Below are positions 47,888 through 57,833 of a DNA stretch of 64,000 nucleotides, in pieces. Both the position numbers and the translations under genes were made by a program. The notes under the pieces were generated by a model that saw nothing but the letters and a program-made list of their open reading frames with translations, had not been told where the DNA came from and ran no database searches. The stretch comes from Clostridia bacterium (lineage in GTDB: Bacteria; Bacillota; Clostridia; UMGS1883): the NCBI GenBank assembly GCA_045660765.1, contig JAZREK010000026.1:360-64359 (forward strand), given 5' to 3'. The number at the start of each line of letters is the position of its first letter. The stretch's first letter is position 1.

Positions 47888-48724
47888 TTATTTCCTTTGT
47901 TTGAGTATTTCATCGGCACATTCCTCTACCGAAAGAACATTGCCATTGATGTTTATACCTTTTTCTCTTAATCTATGTGCCAGAGCTGTCGGATGAGGCA
48001 CATCAAGCCCCAATTTTAAAAGTATATCCTCGTATTCAAACACCTTTTGAGGGGTATCATCCAACAAAATTTTTCCGCGGTCAAGCACCACTACACGATC
48101 GGCCTTTGCTGCCTCGTCCATATAATGCGTTATCATTACAATCGTGATATTTTTCTCTTTATTAAGAGAGAGTATCGTATCCATAACCTCTCTCCTACCT
48201 TTTGGGTCGAGCATTGCCGTAGGTTCATCAAGAATAATACACTCAGGCTGCATAGCAAGTATTCCTGCTATTGCAACACGTTGCTTCTGCCCTCCGGATA
48301 AAAGGTGTGGAGCACGCTTGCGATACTTATACATATTTACGGCTTTGAGTGCGGATTCTACCCTTTCGTGCATTTCTTCCCACTCTATGCCAAGATTTTC
48401 AAGGCCGAAAGCAACATCTTCCTCAACGATTGTAGCTACTATCTGATTATCCGGATTCTGGAAAACCATACCTGCAGATTTGCGGAGCTCGTAGAGTTTT
48501 TCTTCGTCCTTAGAGTCAATTCCGCAAACACTTATGCTGCCGCCACTTGGCAGAAGTATTGCATTCACATGCTTTGCAAATGTACTTTTTCCGCTACCGT
48601 TATGTCCTATAATTGCAGTAAAACAGCCTTTTTCAATATTAAGATTAAGAGAATCTAAAACTACTTTTTCTTTTTCATTCTTTTTATAAGAAAAAGTCAG
48701 TTCTTTTGCCTCAATAATATTCAT
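47888..48724 (-). CDS. ecfA1: ECF transporter ATPase A1
   Basis: Walker A GHNGSGKST, LSGGQKQR. Confidence 0.85.
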   Translation of the reverse strand: MNIIEAKELTFSYKKNEKEKVVLDSLNLNIEKGCFTAIIGHNGSGKSTFAKHVNAILLPSGGSISVCGIDSKDEEKLYELRKSAGMVFQNPDNQIVATIVEEDVAFGLENLGIEWEEMHERVESALKAVNMYKYRKRAPHLLSGGQKQRVAIAGILAMQPECIILDEPTAMLDPKGRREVMDTILSLNKEKNITIVMITHYMDEAAKADRVVVLDRGKILLDDTPQKVFEYEDILLKLGLDVPHPTALAHRLREKGININGNVLSVEECADEILKQRK

Positions 48725-48739
48725 ATAATCAATCCAATA

Positions 48740-49591
48740 CTATTTTTCCCATCTTCCCGTTGCTCCACACGGAAGAACCATTGAAGAAGATGTAATGTTA
48801 AGTCCTATTTCACTTGATTCAATCTTACCTTCAGGAAGACACATCTTCATAAGATTGGTAAGCACTGTAGGAGCAAGTCCGGTTGTATAAGAGTTTATGA
48901 TAAAGAACAACGGATCATCACTCAGGAGCAGAGCGCATCTACGCACAAACTGGCAGATGGAATCTTCTATTTTCCAGACTTCACCGCCAGGCCCTCTGCC
49001 ATAGGACGGAGGATCCATCAGGATTGCATCGTACTTGTTTCCGCGTCGTATCTCACGCTCAACAAATTTCATACAATCATCAACAAGGTATCTTATCGGC
49101 GCATTTTCAAGTCCGCTGGAACGCGCATTCTCTTTCGCCCACTGAACCATACCTTTTGAAGCATCAACGTGAGTTACGCTTGCCCCTGCTTTTGCACAGG
49201 CAACTGTTGCCCCACCGGTATATGCAAAAAGGTTAAGTACCTTTGCGCCCTTGCGGTTCTTAATCTTTTCAGCCATATAATCCCAGTTAACAGCCTGTTC
49301 AGGGAAAAGGCCGGTATGCTTGAATCCCATAGGTTTTATGTTGAAAGTCAAATCTCGATAACTTACCGTCCACTGCTCGGGTAAATCCTTGCGAAACTCC
49401 CACTTTCCACCACCTGTTGAAGAGCGGTGATAGCGTGCGTTTACCTCTTTCCAGCGTGAAGGATCCGCCTTTTCATCCCATATAACCTGCGGATCCGGTC
49501 TGCAAAGGATTATATCCCCCCAACGTTCAAGCTTTTCGCCGTCTGCTGTATCTATACATTCATAATCTTTCCATTTATCTGCAACCCACAT
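48740..49591 (-). CDS. Class I SAM-dependent methyltransferase (RlmI/YccW-like catalytic domain, no PUA)
   Basis: Rossmann-fold motif NLFAYTGG...DPPSYGRG. Confidence 0.6.
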   Translation of the reverse strand: MWVADKWKDYECIDTADGEKLERWGDIILCRPDPQVIWDEKADPSRWKEVNARYHRSSTGGGKWEFRKDLPEQWTVSYRDLTFNIKPMGFKHTGLFPEQAVNWDYMAEKIKNRKGAKVLNLFAYTGGATVACAKAGASVTHVDASKGMVQWAKENARSSGLENAPIRYLVDDCMKFVEREIRRGNKYDAILMDPPSYGRGPGGEVWKIEDSICQFVRRCALLLSDDPLFFIINSYTTGLAPTVLTNLMKMCLPEGKIESSEIGLNITSSSMVLPCGATGRWEK

Positions 49592-49593
49592 AA

Positions 49594-50481
49594 TTAACCC
49601 TCGTAATCATCAAAATCATATTTTTCAGACATCATGAACCCTACAAGTCGTGGTCCACCGTGACAACCTATTACAGAGCCTATCTGAATTTCCTTTAATT
49701 TTATTCCGGGGAACTTTTCAGAAAGCTCAACTTTAAGGTCTTCTGCATTTTCAGGACAACCTGAATACGCAATTATTACAGTTCTGCCTGACAGATCGTT
49801 TCCGTCTGACACAACCTTATTAACAAGTTTTTTCATAAGCTTCTTACTTCCGCGAAGCGAACCATCCTGAACAACAAGACCATCCTTCACATCAAGAATA
49901 GGCTTTATTTCGAGCATATTTGCAAGAACAAGTGTTGCCGCATTGATTCTTCCGCCTTTTTTAAGATGCAGTAGATCGTCAACAACAAAATAAGTCTTAC
50001 TGCAAGAAAGAGCGTCCTTAAGGAAAGAAACGATTTCCTCTTTACCCTTACCTTCATTAAGCATATGCGCTGCGTGGATAACGGGAGCACCATATATACA
50101 AGAAAATCCATAGCTGTCAACTACGATGATTTCACCGTCGCGCTCATCCATTACTTCCTGAGAAGCCATTACTGCATTTTGGTACATTCCGCTGCCTTTA
50201 GAAGAAATTGTAACAACGATGAGAGTGTCATAACCGTTATCTAATTCTTCGTTATATGCATCTATGAACTGAATGGGTGTTACCTGTGCTGTTTTAGGTA
50301 TAGGAGCATTTTTATCTGCGAGCTTTTCATAAAACTCTGTCTTGCTCATATCTATGCCTTCTCTGTAATATGTTTCGCCATCAAAAGTATAAGAAATAGG
50401 AAGCACACGTATACCGAGTTTCTGAGCGGTTTCAACTGAAATATCACTTCCGCTGTCGGTAATTATCTTAATCTTGCTCAT
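49594..50481 (-). CDS. DegV-family fatty-acid-binding protein
   Basis: IKIITDSGSDIS... motif. Start set at the ATG at 50481 with a GAAGGGAA SD; the longer track ORF (to 50499) is probably over-extended. Confidence 0.8.
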   Translation of the reverse strand: MSKIKIITDSGSDISVETAQKLGIRVLPISYTFDGETYYREGIDMSKTEFYEKLADKNAPIPKTAQVTPIQFIDAYNEELDNGYDTLIVVTISSKGSGMYQNAVMASQEVMDERDGEIIVVDSYGFSCIYGAPVIHAAHMLNEGKGKEEIVSFLKDALSCSKTYFVVDDLLHLKKGGRINAATLVLANMLEIKPILDVKDGLVVQDGSLRGSKKLMKKLVNKVVSDGNDLSGRTVIIAYSGCPENAEDLKVELSEKFPGIKLKEIQIGSVIGCHGGPRLVGFMMSEKYDFDDYEG

Positions 50482-52735
50482 CAACATCATTCCCTTCAAT
50501 ATTTTCTTCCATGTTTTCGTTCTTAATATGAGTATTATCTATTGTGTTATTTCTCGCAGCCATTTCCTGTTGCGCACGAAGAAGAGATGCGTATATACCA
50601 TCTTTTTCGATAAGTTCTTTGTGCGTTCCGGTTTCTACAATTCTGCCTTCTTCAAGAACAAACAACCTATCTGCGTTTTTAAGGGTTGAAAGTCTGTGCG
50701 CAATTGCAAATACCGTTTTACCTTGTGTAACATTCTTCAGCGCATTTTGAATTTTCTGCTCCGTCTCGGTATCTACCGAAGCCGTTGCCTCGTCAAGCAC
50801 CAGAAGTTTAGGATCGGATAAAATTGCACGAGCTATGCTTATACGCTGTCTTTCACCGCCTGAAAGCCTGTGCCCCTTTTCACCTACATATGTATCATAT
50901 GCGTCCGGGAGCGACATTATAAATCCATGTGCATTAGCCTTTTTAGCGGCACGCACACATTCTTCAAGTGTTGCAGTCGGATTAGAATAACGAATGTTTT
51001 CCAGAATAGTTCCGCTAAACAGATAGCTTTCCTGCAAAACCACACCAAGCATATCCTTGTAGGACTCTTTCTTATAATCATTTATATCAATGCCATCAAG
51101 AAGTATTTTTCCGCTGTCGGCATTGTATAGGCGCATAATAAGATTTATCAAAGTGCTCTTTCCTGCACCGCTATGCCCCACAAGGCCAATCATCTCGCCT
51201 TTTTTTACAGATTCATCAATATTTTTGAGAACCTTTCGGTAACTCTTATACCCAAATGACACATTACAAAATTCGATATTTTCTCTTACATCTTCTACCA
51301 GAGATTCCTTTTCTACAAACTGGTCATCAGTTTCATCAAGAACCTCAAATACGCGCTGAGAGCTTACCATCGCCATTGTGAAGTGTCTTGGAAGCATTGT
51401 AAACCATTCAAGCTTGCTGTAAAGAAAGCTTCCGTACGATGAGAACTGCACAAGTTCGCCCACGCTCATATTTCCGCCGAGGACTTTGCTTCCACCGTAA
51501 AGAAGAACAAAGTATCCGCCAAGTCCGGTAAGAAATCTTATAAGCGGGAAAACAGTGTACACATATTTTTCATTTTTACAGGTAATATCTCTTACCACGC
51601 CTGCAGTTTCTTTGAATCGATCTATCTCGTCGTCTTCTCTGCCGAACACCTTTACAAGCTTTATTCCGTTAAGAACTTCTGTAAGTCTGTTTGTAAGACG
51701 ATCCATCTTGCGCCACTGCTTCATATAGCGTCGTCTTATGCTTCGACGTATTTTGTTTACCAGATATGCAGAAAAAGGCATTGGAACAAAAATAAGAAGT
51801 GCCATCTTTGCATCCAGCATAAAAGTGATAATTGCAACAGCGATAAATAAACAAACTTCATTAACTGCCATAATGGCAATATCCTGAATAAAGGTTTGTA
51901 TGCGCTGGGTATCGTTATTTATTCTTTGCATTAAGTCGCCGGTTTTCTTTTCTTCGATATAAGAAAGCGGCATTTTCTGAAGTTTTTCGTATATATGATT
52001 ACGAAGCTCCATAACAAGTGTATTGCTTGCTTTGGATGAAATTATATCTCTGAATGCCGAAACAACCCATGTAACGACACCGCAAAGAAGCATCAAAAGA
52101 ACAATTACAACAAGTGTTACAGTTGAAGCATTTTCGTTATTGAGAACATCATTTATAAGTCTTTTTGAAAGTTCAGGCGTTGTAACTGTCGCTATACTTG
52201 TTATCCAGAAAAGAACAAGCAGAATCGCGTAAAGCGGTCTGCAGCTTTTTGAAAGCGACCACAATCTCTTAATTATTCCAAACTTGCTTGTACAAAATCT
52301 GCAGATAGTCGTATTCCTGAGAAATGGTCTGCCACATTTTGGACAAACACGTTCTTTAGGAAATGTTTTTTCGTTTATCTGCGGAATGTTTCCCGATGCA
52401 ATTTCATTTATAATTTCTGCAATAGCGTTGAACTGTTCCATGTATTGCATTGTGAAACGCACTAATTGTTTTCTGCCATCTTTGAAATATGCCTCTAAAA
52501 TTCCGCCACCCGTATATTCTCCGCAACAAACCTTGTCAATGCTTGATATATTTTCAATCAAAACTACCTTTTCTGTTGTTGCAACACAGATTTTATCTGC
52601 GCTGACGGCAAATATTCCATTTTGATATGCGCCATCAAAATCAAGGTCAAATTCCGATGCAATAAGGATTTCCTTTTCATCAAGCGCATTTGAAACGAGT
52701 TTACTGTATTTAGTTATTTCCGCTTGATTACTCAC
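50468..52735 (-). CDS. ABC exporter (fused TMD-NBD) with ~170-aa N-terminal cytoplasmic extension containing a CPKC...CRFC zinc-ribbon
   Basis: GTG start with an AAGGAGG SD. Six-TM ABC_membrane domain, then Walker A GHSGAGKST, LSGGERQR and Walker B. Confidence 0.8.
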   Translation of the reverse strand: MSNQAEITKYSKLVSNALDEKEILIASEFDLDFDGAYQNGIFAVSADKICVATTEKVVLIENISSIDKVCCGEYTGGGILEAYFKDGRKQLVRFTMQYMEQFNAIAEIINEIASGNIPQINEKTFPKERVCPKCGRPFLRNTTICRFCTSKFGIIKRLWSLSKSCRPLYAILLVLFWITSIATVTTPELSKRLINDVLNNENASTVTLVVIVLLMLLCGVVTWVVSAFRDIISSKASNTLVMELRNHIYEKLQKMPLSYIEEKKTGDLMQRINNDTQRIQTFIQDIAIMAVNEVCLFIAVAIITFMLDAKMALLIFVPMPFSAYLVNKIRRSIRRRYMKQWRKMDRLTNRLTEVLNGIKLVKVFGREDDEIDRFKETAGVVRDITCKNEKYVYTVFPLIRFLTGLGGYFVLLYGGSKVLGGNMSVGELVQFSSYGSFLYSKLEWFTMLPRHFTMAMVSSQRVFEVLDETDDQFVEKESLVEDVRENIEFCNVSFGYKSYRKVLKNIDESVKKGEMIGLVGHSGAGKSTLINLIMRLYNADSGKILLDGIDINDYKKESYKDMLGVVLQESYLFSGTILENIRYSNPTATLEECVRAAKKANAHGFIMSLPDAYDTYVGEKGHRLSGGERQRISIARAILSDPKLLVLDEATASVDTETEQKIQNALKNVTQGKTVFAIAHRLSTLKNADRLFVLEEGRIVETGTHKELIEKDGIYASLLRAQQEMAARNNTIDNTHIKNENMEENIEGNDVDEQD

Positions 52736-52767
52736 AGCTAATCCTCCTTAATCAAAATGTTTTGGTT

Positions 52768-53277
52768 TTATATCCAGATTTCAAGCACCTTTTGCGTCTT
52801 GTCATCCATTTTTGTTATGTCGGGAATATAGTAGCGATTTCCGTAAACATCCGTAAGCATAACACGGTTTCCACCGAGACTTCTTACATTAGTTCCGAGA
52901 TCGTTCATAGTGAAGTTTCTTTCACCTGAAGTTGTAAGGGTTTTCCACGTAGCACTGCCAAATTCCTCTTTCACTTCGCTTACAGAAATGATATCAGGAA
53001 TAAAGTACCTTTTTTCAAGTTCCTTGCGAATAATATTCCCCTGATTCTCATCAAGTTCGCTGACTTTTCTTAATATCCCTATTTCATTTTCCTTGTCATG
53101 TCTTGAATAATTTTCTTGTCTTATTACGATATACTCTTCCTCGTACCTGAAGGGAAACATTCTTATAATCGAAACTCTCCCCATATCTTCTCCTTTATAG
53201 CGAAGATACAAAAGTGAAGTATCTGAAGTGTAAAATTCCATTTCTTTTGCATTTAAGTAATTAAGTCTTTCTTCCAC
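52768..53277 (-). CDS. DUF1854-family protein
   Basis: GTG start with an AAGGAGGG SD; 169 aa. Confidence 0.45.
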   Translation of the reverse strand: MEERLNYLNAKEMEFYTSDTSLLYLRYKGEDMGRVSIIRMFPFRYEEEYIVIRQENYSRHDKENEIGILRKVSELDENQGNIIRKELEKRYFIPDIISVSEVKEEFGSATWKTLTTSGERNFTMNDLGTNVRSLGGNRVMLTDVYGNRYYIPDITKMDDKTQKVLEIWI

Positions 53278-53291
53278 GAAAAGCCCTCCTT

Positions 53292-55466
53292 TCAGGAAAA
53301 ATTTTTAGTACTGATGGCATCAAGTTGCAAATGCGCCATCTTTGCATATACACCATCTTTTTTGTTAAAGAGTTCCTCGTGCGTACCATCTTCAACAATT
53401 TCGCCGTTTTCAACCACGACAAGTCTATGCGCATTTTTAAGAGTTGAAAAGCGGTGTGCTATCGCAATGGTTGTTCTGTCTTTCATCAAAAAGTCCATTG
53501 CCCTTTGTATCTGCTGTTCCGTCTTTGTATCAAGCGATGATGTCGCCTCGTCAAAAATAAGAATCGGAGGATTCATAAGAATAGCGCGAGCTATACTTAC
53601 ACGCTGTTTTTCGCCACCTGACAGATTCGACCCGCCTTTTTCGATCAAAGTATCATAACCGTCGGGAAGTGATACGATAAAGTCGTGTGCATACGCTTTT
53701 TTCGCCGCTTCAACGATTTCAACCTCTGTAGCATCGGGTTTTCCGTATGCAATATTTTCCGCAATAGTACCCTCAAAAAGATAAGTTTCCTGAAGCACCA
53801 TACCGATACTACCGCGAAGGCACTTAAAACTTATATCCTTAACATTTATCCCGTCTATCAAAACCTCGCCATCATTCACATCGTAAAGACGCGTAATGAG
53901 ATTGGTTATCGTGCTTTTACCTGCACCACTGTGGCCGACAAGACCTATCATCTCTCCTTTTTTAACAGAGAATGAAACATTTTTAAGCACGGTTCTGTTT
54001 GGTTCGTACGAGAATGTTACTTTTCTGAATTCTATATTTCCCTGAACATCAATATCAACTGCATTTTCTTTTTCAGGAACATCGGTTTTTCTATCAATCA
54101 CTTCAAAAATACGCTGCGCACTGTTCATACAGTTTGTCCACCAGTCAAATGTTTTGACCATAAAATTAACAGGAGCATACAAAAGAGAAAGATAGCCGAC
54201 AAAAGTCATAAGTTCACCAAAAGAAAGTTTTCCGTAAACTACCTGTCCGCCACCTATTCCCCAAACAATAAATCCACCGAGTGACATGATGAAACTAAGC
54301 ATCGGGAAAACTTTTGCTGCAGCAACCCCTTCGCGTATTTTGTTTTCGGCGAGAAGTCTGCTCGATTCGTTAAATCGTTGTATTTCAGATGTTTCTTTTC
54401 CGAAAGCCTTTACCACACGCACACCTAAAAGAGTGTCATTGATAACGGAATTCATTGTTGATGAGCGACGCCAGGAATGCCACTTTATTTTCTTAAACTT
54501 TCGTGTGGATTTTTTAATTATGACAGCAATTATCGGAACAGGAATCAAAACTGCAACCGAAAGAATCGGATTTACAATAAAGAGGAATAGTCCTATTGCG
54601 CATATTGTAGCCGCGTTAATTATAAAGTTGGGCAATCCGTCGTTTAAGAAATACTGAATGTCAAGTGCATCACTATTTATGCGGTTAAGAAGATTTCCCG
54701 TACGTTTTGATGAGAAAAAGCTCATCCCGAGTTTCTGCATAGCGGAAAAAACATCCGTTTTAATGTCGTATATAATTCTTCCTGACATTTCTGCGCCGAT
54801 TCGTCCAAGTAATATTCCAAGCACCACTGTTATTGCTGCTATAAGAACAAGAATTGCAACAAGTGGCCATATTGCTCCTGCAAATTTCCCGTTGGGATTC
54901 AAAACCTCGTCATACAGAACTGTTCCCGATAAATATGGAGGCAAAAGATTTACCAGTGTGGAAAAGATTATTATTGCCATCATTGCAGTAAGATGTTTTT
55001 TATATCTCGGCACATAAGAAAGAACTCTCATAAAAAGTTTCTTTCTGCCGCTGTTAATGTATTCAAAATCTGCATTTTTCTTTATTGCGCTTTCTTCGGT
55101 ATTCGGTTCTTCTCCCGCGATAAGTTTACGCAATATATTCACAAACCACTCTACACGTGCAGAAACCGAAAGAGTAAAATCAGCAACTGCAGAAAGATTT
55201 TCCCCTTCCACTAAAATAAGCGAGCCGGAAGAAACGTATGTATCGGTGTAAATGTCAGTAATATCTTTATAAAGTTTCAGAGCGAAGCTTCCGTCTTCTC
55301 TGCATATACAAAGAGAGTCAGCAAGCGCAAAAAGGTATGTCTTTCCATAACTTGTCGGGCGGGCAAGATCGGTTTCGAGCGTAGCAATAACGGATTCTTT
55401 ATCTATGCCAAGTTTTTCAAGTCTTTCAAGCATTTCATCACTGCGATTATTAGTTTCATTTCCCAT
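53292..55466 (-). CDS. ABC exporter (fused TMD-NBD) partner with ~150-aa N-terminal extension
   Basis: Start at the ATG at 55466 (MGNETN) with an AAAGGAGG SD. Walker A GHSGAGKST, LSGGEKQR. Confidence 0.8.
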   Translation of the reverse strand: MGNETNNRSDEMLERLEKLGIDKESVIATLETDLARPTSYGKTYLFALADSLCICREDGSFALKLYKDITDIYTDTYVSSGSLILVEGENLSAVADFTLSVSARVEWFVNILRKLIAGEEPNTEESAIKKNADFEYINSGRKKLFMRVLSYVPRYKKHLTAMMAIIIFSTLVNLLPPYLSGTVLYDEVLNPNGKFAGAIWPLVAILVLIAAITVVLGILLGRIGAEMSGRIIYDIKTDVFSAMQKLGMSFFSSKRTGNLLNRINSDALDIQYFLNDGLPNFIINAATICAIGLFLFIVNPILSVAVLIPVPIIAVIIKKSTRKFKKIKWHSWRRSSTMNSVINDTLLGVRVVKAFGKETSEIQRFNESSRLLAENKIREGVAAAKVFPMLSFIMSLGGFIVWGIGGGQVVYGKLSFGELMTFVGYLSLLYAPVNFMVKTFDWWTNCMNSAQRIFEVIDRKTDVPEKENAVDIDVQGNIEFRKVTFSYEPNRTVLKNVSFSVKKGEMIGLVGHSGAGKSTITNLITRLYDVNDGEVLIDGINVKDISFKCLRGSIGMVLQETYLFEGTIAENIAYGKPDATEVEIVEAAKKAYAHDFIVSLPDGYDTLIEKGGSNLSGGEKQRVSIARAILMNPPILIFDEATSSLDTKTEQQIQRAMDFLMKDRTTIAIAHRFSTLKNAHRLVVVENGEIVEDGTHEELFNKKDGVYAKMAHLQLDAISTKNFS

Positions 55467-55592
55467 ATCTTTTCCGCCTCCTTTCAAGCAATTATACATA
55501 CCTTATTTTATTATATACTTTTTAATATAAAAAAGCAATAATTTTATATATTAAAATCAAGTTTTTGACAAATTTTAATTACCGCAATTCAA

Positions 55593-55621
55593 TTGACAAT
55601 TTGTACACTATGCAGTATAAT
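55593..55621 (+). promoter_or_regulatory. Consensus sigma-A promoter TTGACA-17-TATAAT for the GH26-like gene
   Basis: ttgacaATTTGTACACTATGCAGtataat; a small CCGAGC/GCTCGG hairpin lies in the 5' UTR at 55656-55670. Confidence 0.65.
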
Positions 55622-55704
55622 ATTGTTGTATTATTCTATATAATGTGCATTGTTCCCGAGCTTGGCTCGGTCATTAAAGCATTTTCAGAGAAGGAAATTT
55701 ACCA

Positions 55705-57378
55705 ATGAATCATTTAACAAAAAAACTATTGTCAATTGCAGTTCTTATATCAACACTCTCTTCTGTTTATGTAAGCGCCGCAACTGATGACAAAACCAGG
55801 ATTCTTTCAGCACCAATCTGGATGCCTGAAAATGTCCTTTTAGACAACGAAAACACACCCGTTTCAACCAGCAGTGCAATGAAGTCAGAGAAAGAAATGT
55901 TCCTTACAGAAAACATTTCAGCACAGAAGGTAAGGTTCACAAATCTCGTTGACGGATATTCAATCGATATACCTGCAACATTTGGAATTGATATGTCAAT
56001 TTCTGATGTTTGCGCTGTTTTTTCAGACGACAATATAACGCTTAAAGTATTCAAAGAAAAATTTGATACTACAGGCGAAAGGCTTTCGTATCTTAATTAC
56101 TCCAACCGTTTTTTAGACAACACTGACGATCATAAGCTTTTGAAAAAGGAAACCTTCGTTCAGGGAGAAGCTGAATATCAGATAACGGAGTGGTCGAGAA
56201 AAAGACTTTCAAAAATAGAAGATGACAGAAACTATTACGCTTGTATTGATGTTTGCATCGGCGCAAGAGTTTATACATTCTTCTTTAGTTCCAATATCCC
56301 CTTCAATTTATACGGTGGATATACGGATATTGTGAATTCTCTTTTGACATTTGACCCTTCTGTTCCTGCCGCAAACGCGTATAACAAAGGGTTTAAAGGA
56401 AGTAACATTTCCCGTCTTAACCCAACTACAAAAAAGACTTATCATGACCTTTTCGGCGATGACACCTCTTTTAAACTGGGACTGTTTTCACCTGACAAGT
56501 TCGGTGGATTTTCAAAGATGGAAGCGTTCGAAAAAAGACTTGGGTATAAATTTTCAACTTTCCTTGTCTACACCGAAATTTCAGACAAGAATATCGGGGA
56601 CGAAAATTACTACAAAACCCACGTAAAGCAGTATCTCGAAAAAGTAGAGCGCAGTTTCACTTATGCACAGAATACCGACAGGTCTATCGAGTTAACTCTT
56701 CAGACACCTTTGGGCAGAGAAATGGGTACTGCCAATATGATGTATGAAATTTTAAACGGCGACTATGATTACTTTATCGAAGAATATGCAAAGCTTATAT
56801 CAAAATACCCCGAAGTAACCGTTCTTTTCAGACCCTTTAACGAAATGAACGGCGACTGGTGTAATTACAGTTCGTTCCATACTTCAAGAGATCCTGAAAT
56901 TTATGTTAAAGTTTACAGATATCTTCATGATAAGTTCGACCAAATCGGTTGCGACAACACTCTTTGGGTGTGGAATCCCAACGAAATCAGTTTCCCGAAT
57001 TATAAGTGGAACAACCAGTCACTTTACTACCCCGGAAACAAGTATGTAGATATATACGGAATCACAGGTTATAACACAGGCACTTACTATGAGGGCGAAA
57101 GTTGGCGTAGTTTCGACGAAATTTATGAACCGATTTACGACCACTTGCTTCGTCTGAATGAAAAGCCTGTTATGATAACTGAGTTTTCATGTTCCGCTGT
57201 TGGTGGCGACAAGGTCGCATGGATTGAAGATATGTTCCAATCCATTTCCAAATATGACAAAATCAAGCTTGGTATCTGGTGGCACGCAACGGATTATGAC
57301 GGAGAAAACTTGTCACGACCATATTTCATGGACACACCCGAAGGAACGATGGATGTGTTTGATAAATATCTCAATTAG
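55705..57378 (+). CDS. Secreted glycoside hydrolase, GH26-like (mannanase-type) catalytic domain with N-terminal unknown domain
   Basis: Signal peptide. C-terminal half carries FRPFNEMNGDW and MITEFSCS, fitting the GH26 acid/base and nucleophile Glu motifs. Confidence 0.5.
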   Translation: MNHLTKKLLSIAVLISTLSSVYVSAATDDKTRILSAPIWMPENVLLDNENTPVSTSSAMKSEKEMFLTENISAQKVRFTNLVDGYSIDIPATFGIDMSISDVCAVFSDDNITLKVFKEKFDTTGERLSYLNYSNRFLDNTDDHKLLKKETFVQGEAEYQITEWSRKRLSKIEDDRNYYACIDVCIGARVYTFFFSSNIPFNLYGGYTDIVNSLLTFDPSVPAANAYNKGFKGSNISRLNPTTKKTYHDLFGDDTSFKLGLFSPDKFGGFSKMEAFEKRLGYKFSTFLVYTEISDKNIGDENYYKTHVKQYLEKVERSFTYAQNTDRSIELTLQTPLGREMGTANMMYEILNGDYDYFIEEYAKLISKYPEVTVLFRPFNEMNGDWCNYSSFHTSRDPEIYVKVYRYLHDKFDQIGCDNTLWVWNPNEISFPNYKWNNQSLYYPGNKYVDIYGITGYNTGTYYEGESWRSFDEIYEPIYDHLLRLNEKPVMITEFSCSAVGGDKVAWIEDMFQSISKYDKIKLGIWWHATDYDGENLSRPYFMDTPEGTMDVFDKYLN

Positions 57379-57391
57379 GATGGTGATTTAA

Positions 57392-57820
57392 GTGGAAATT
57401 TTATGGATTGTTTTATTAGTTGCCTTTTTAGTGCTTGAAGCAGCTACAACACAATTTATCTGCATATGGTTTGCAGGCGGTTCTCTTGTGTCGCTGATAG
57501 GAGCACTTTTGGGATTCAACACAACTGTACAGATATGTATTTTTATAGTTTCCAGTGCTGTTCTTTTATTATTCACAAGAAAAATCGTAAATAAGCTCAA
57601 GTCACAAGACAACGTAAAGACTAACGCCGAAGCTCTTATCGGCCAATCTGCAGTTGTAACTGATGACATATCAAACATCGACGCAAAAGGAAGTGTAAAG
57701 CTCCGCGGCATGCAGTGGAGTGCCAGAAGCGCAAATGGCGAACCGATTGAGAAAGATTCACACGTAACGGTTAAAGAAATTGATGGAGTTAAATTAATTG
57801 TTGATAAAATTTTAAATTAA
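57392..57820 (+). CDS. NfeD-family membrane protein
   Basis: Two N-terminal TM helices plus a C-terminal OB-fold; paired with the downstream SPFH gene. Confidence 0.7.
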   Translation: MEILWIVLLVAFLVLEAATTQFICIWFAGGSLVSLIGALLGFNTTVQICIFIVSSAVLLLFTRKIVNKLKSQDNVKTNAEALIGQSAVVTDDISNIDAKGSVKLRGMQWSARSANGEPIEKDSHVTVKEIDGVKLIVDKILN

Positions 57821-57833
57821 AAGGAGAATTTTT

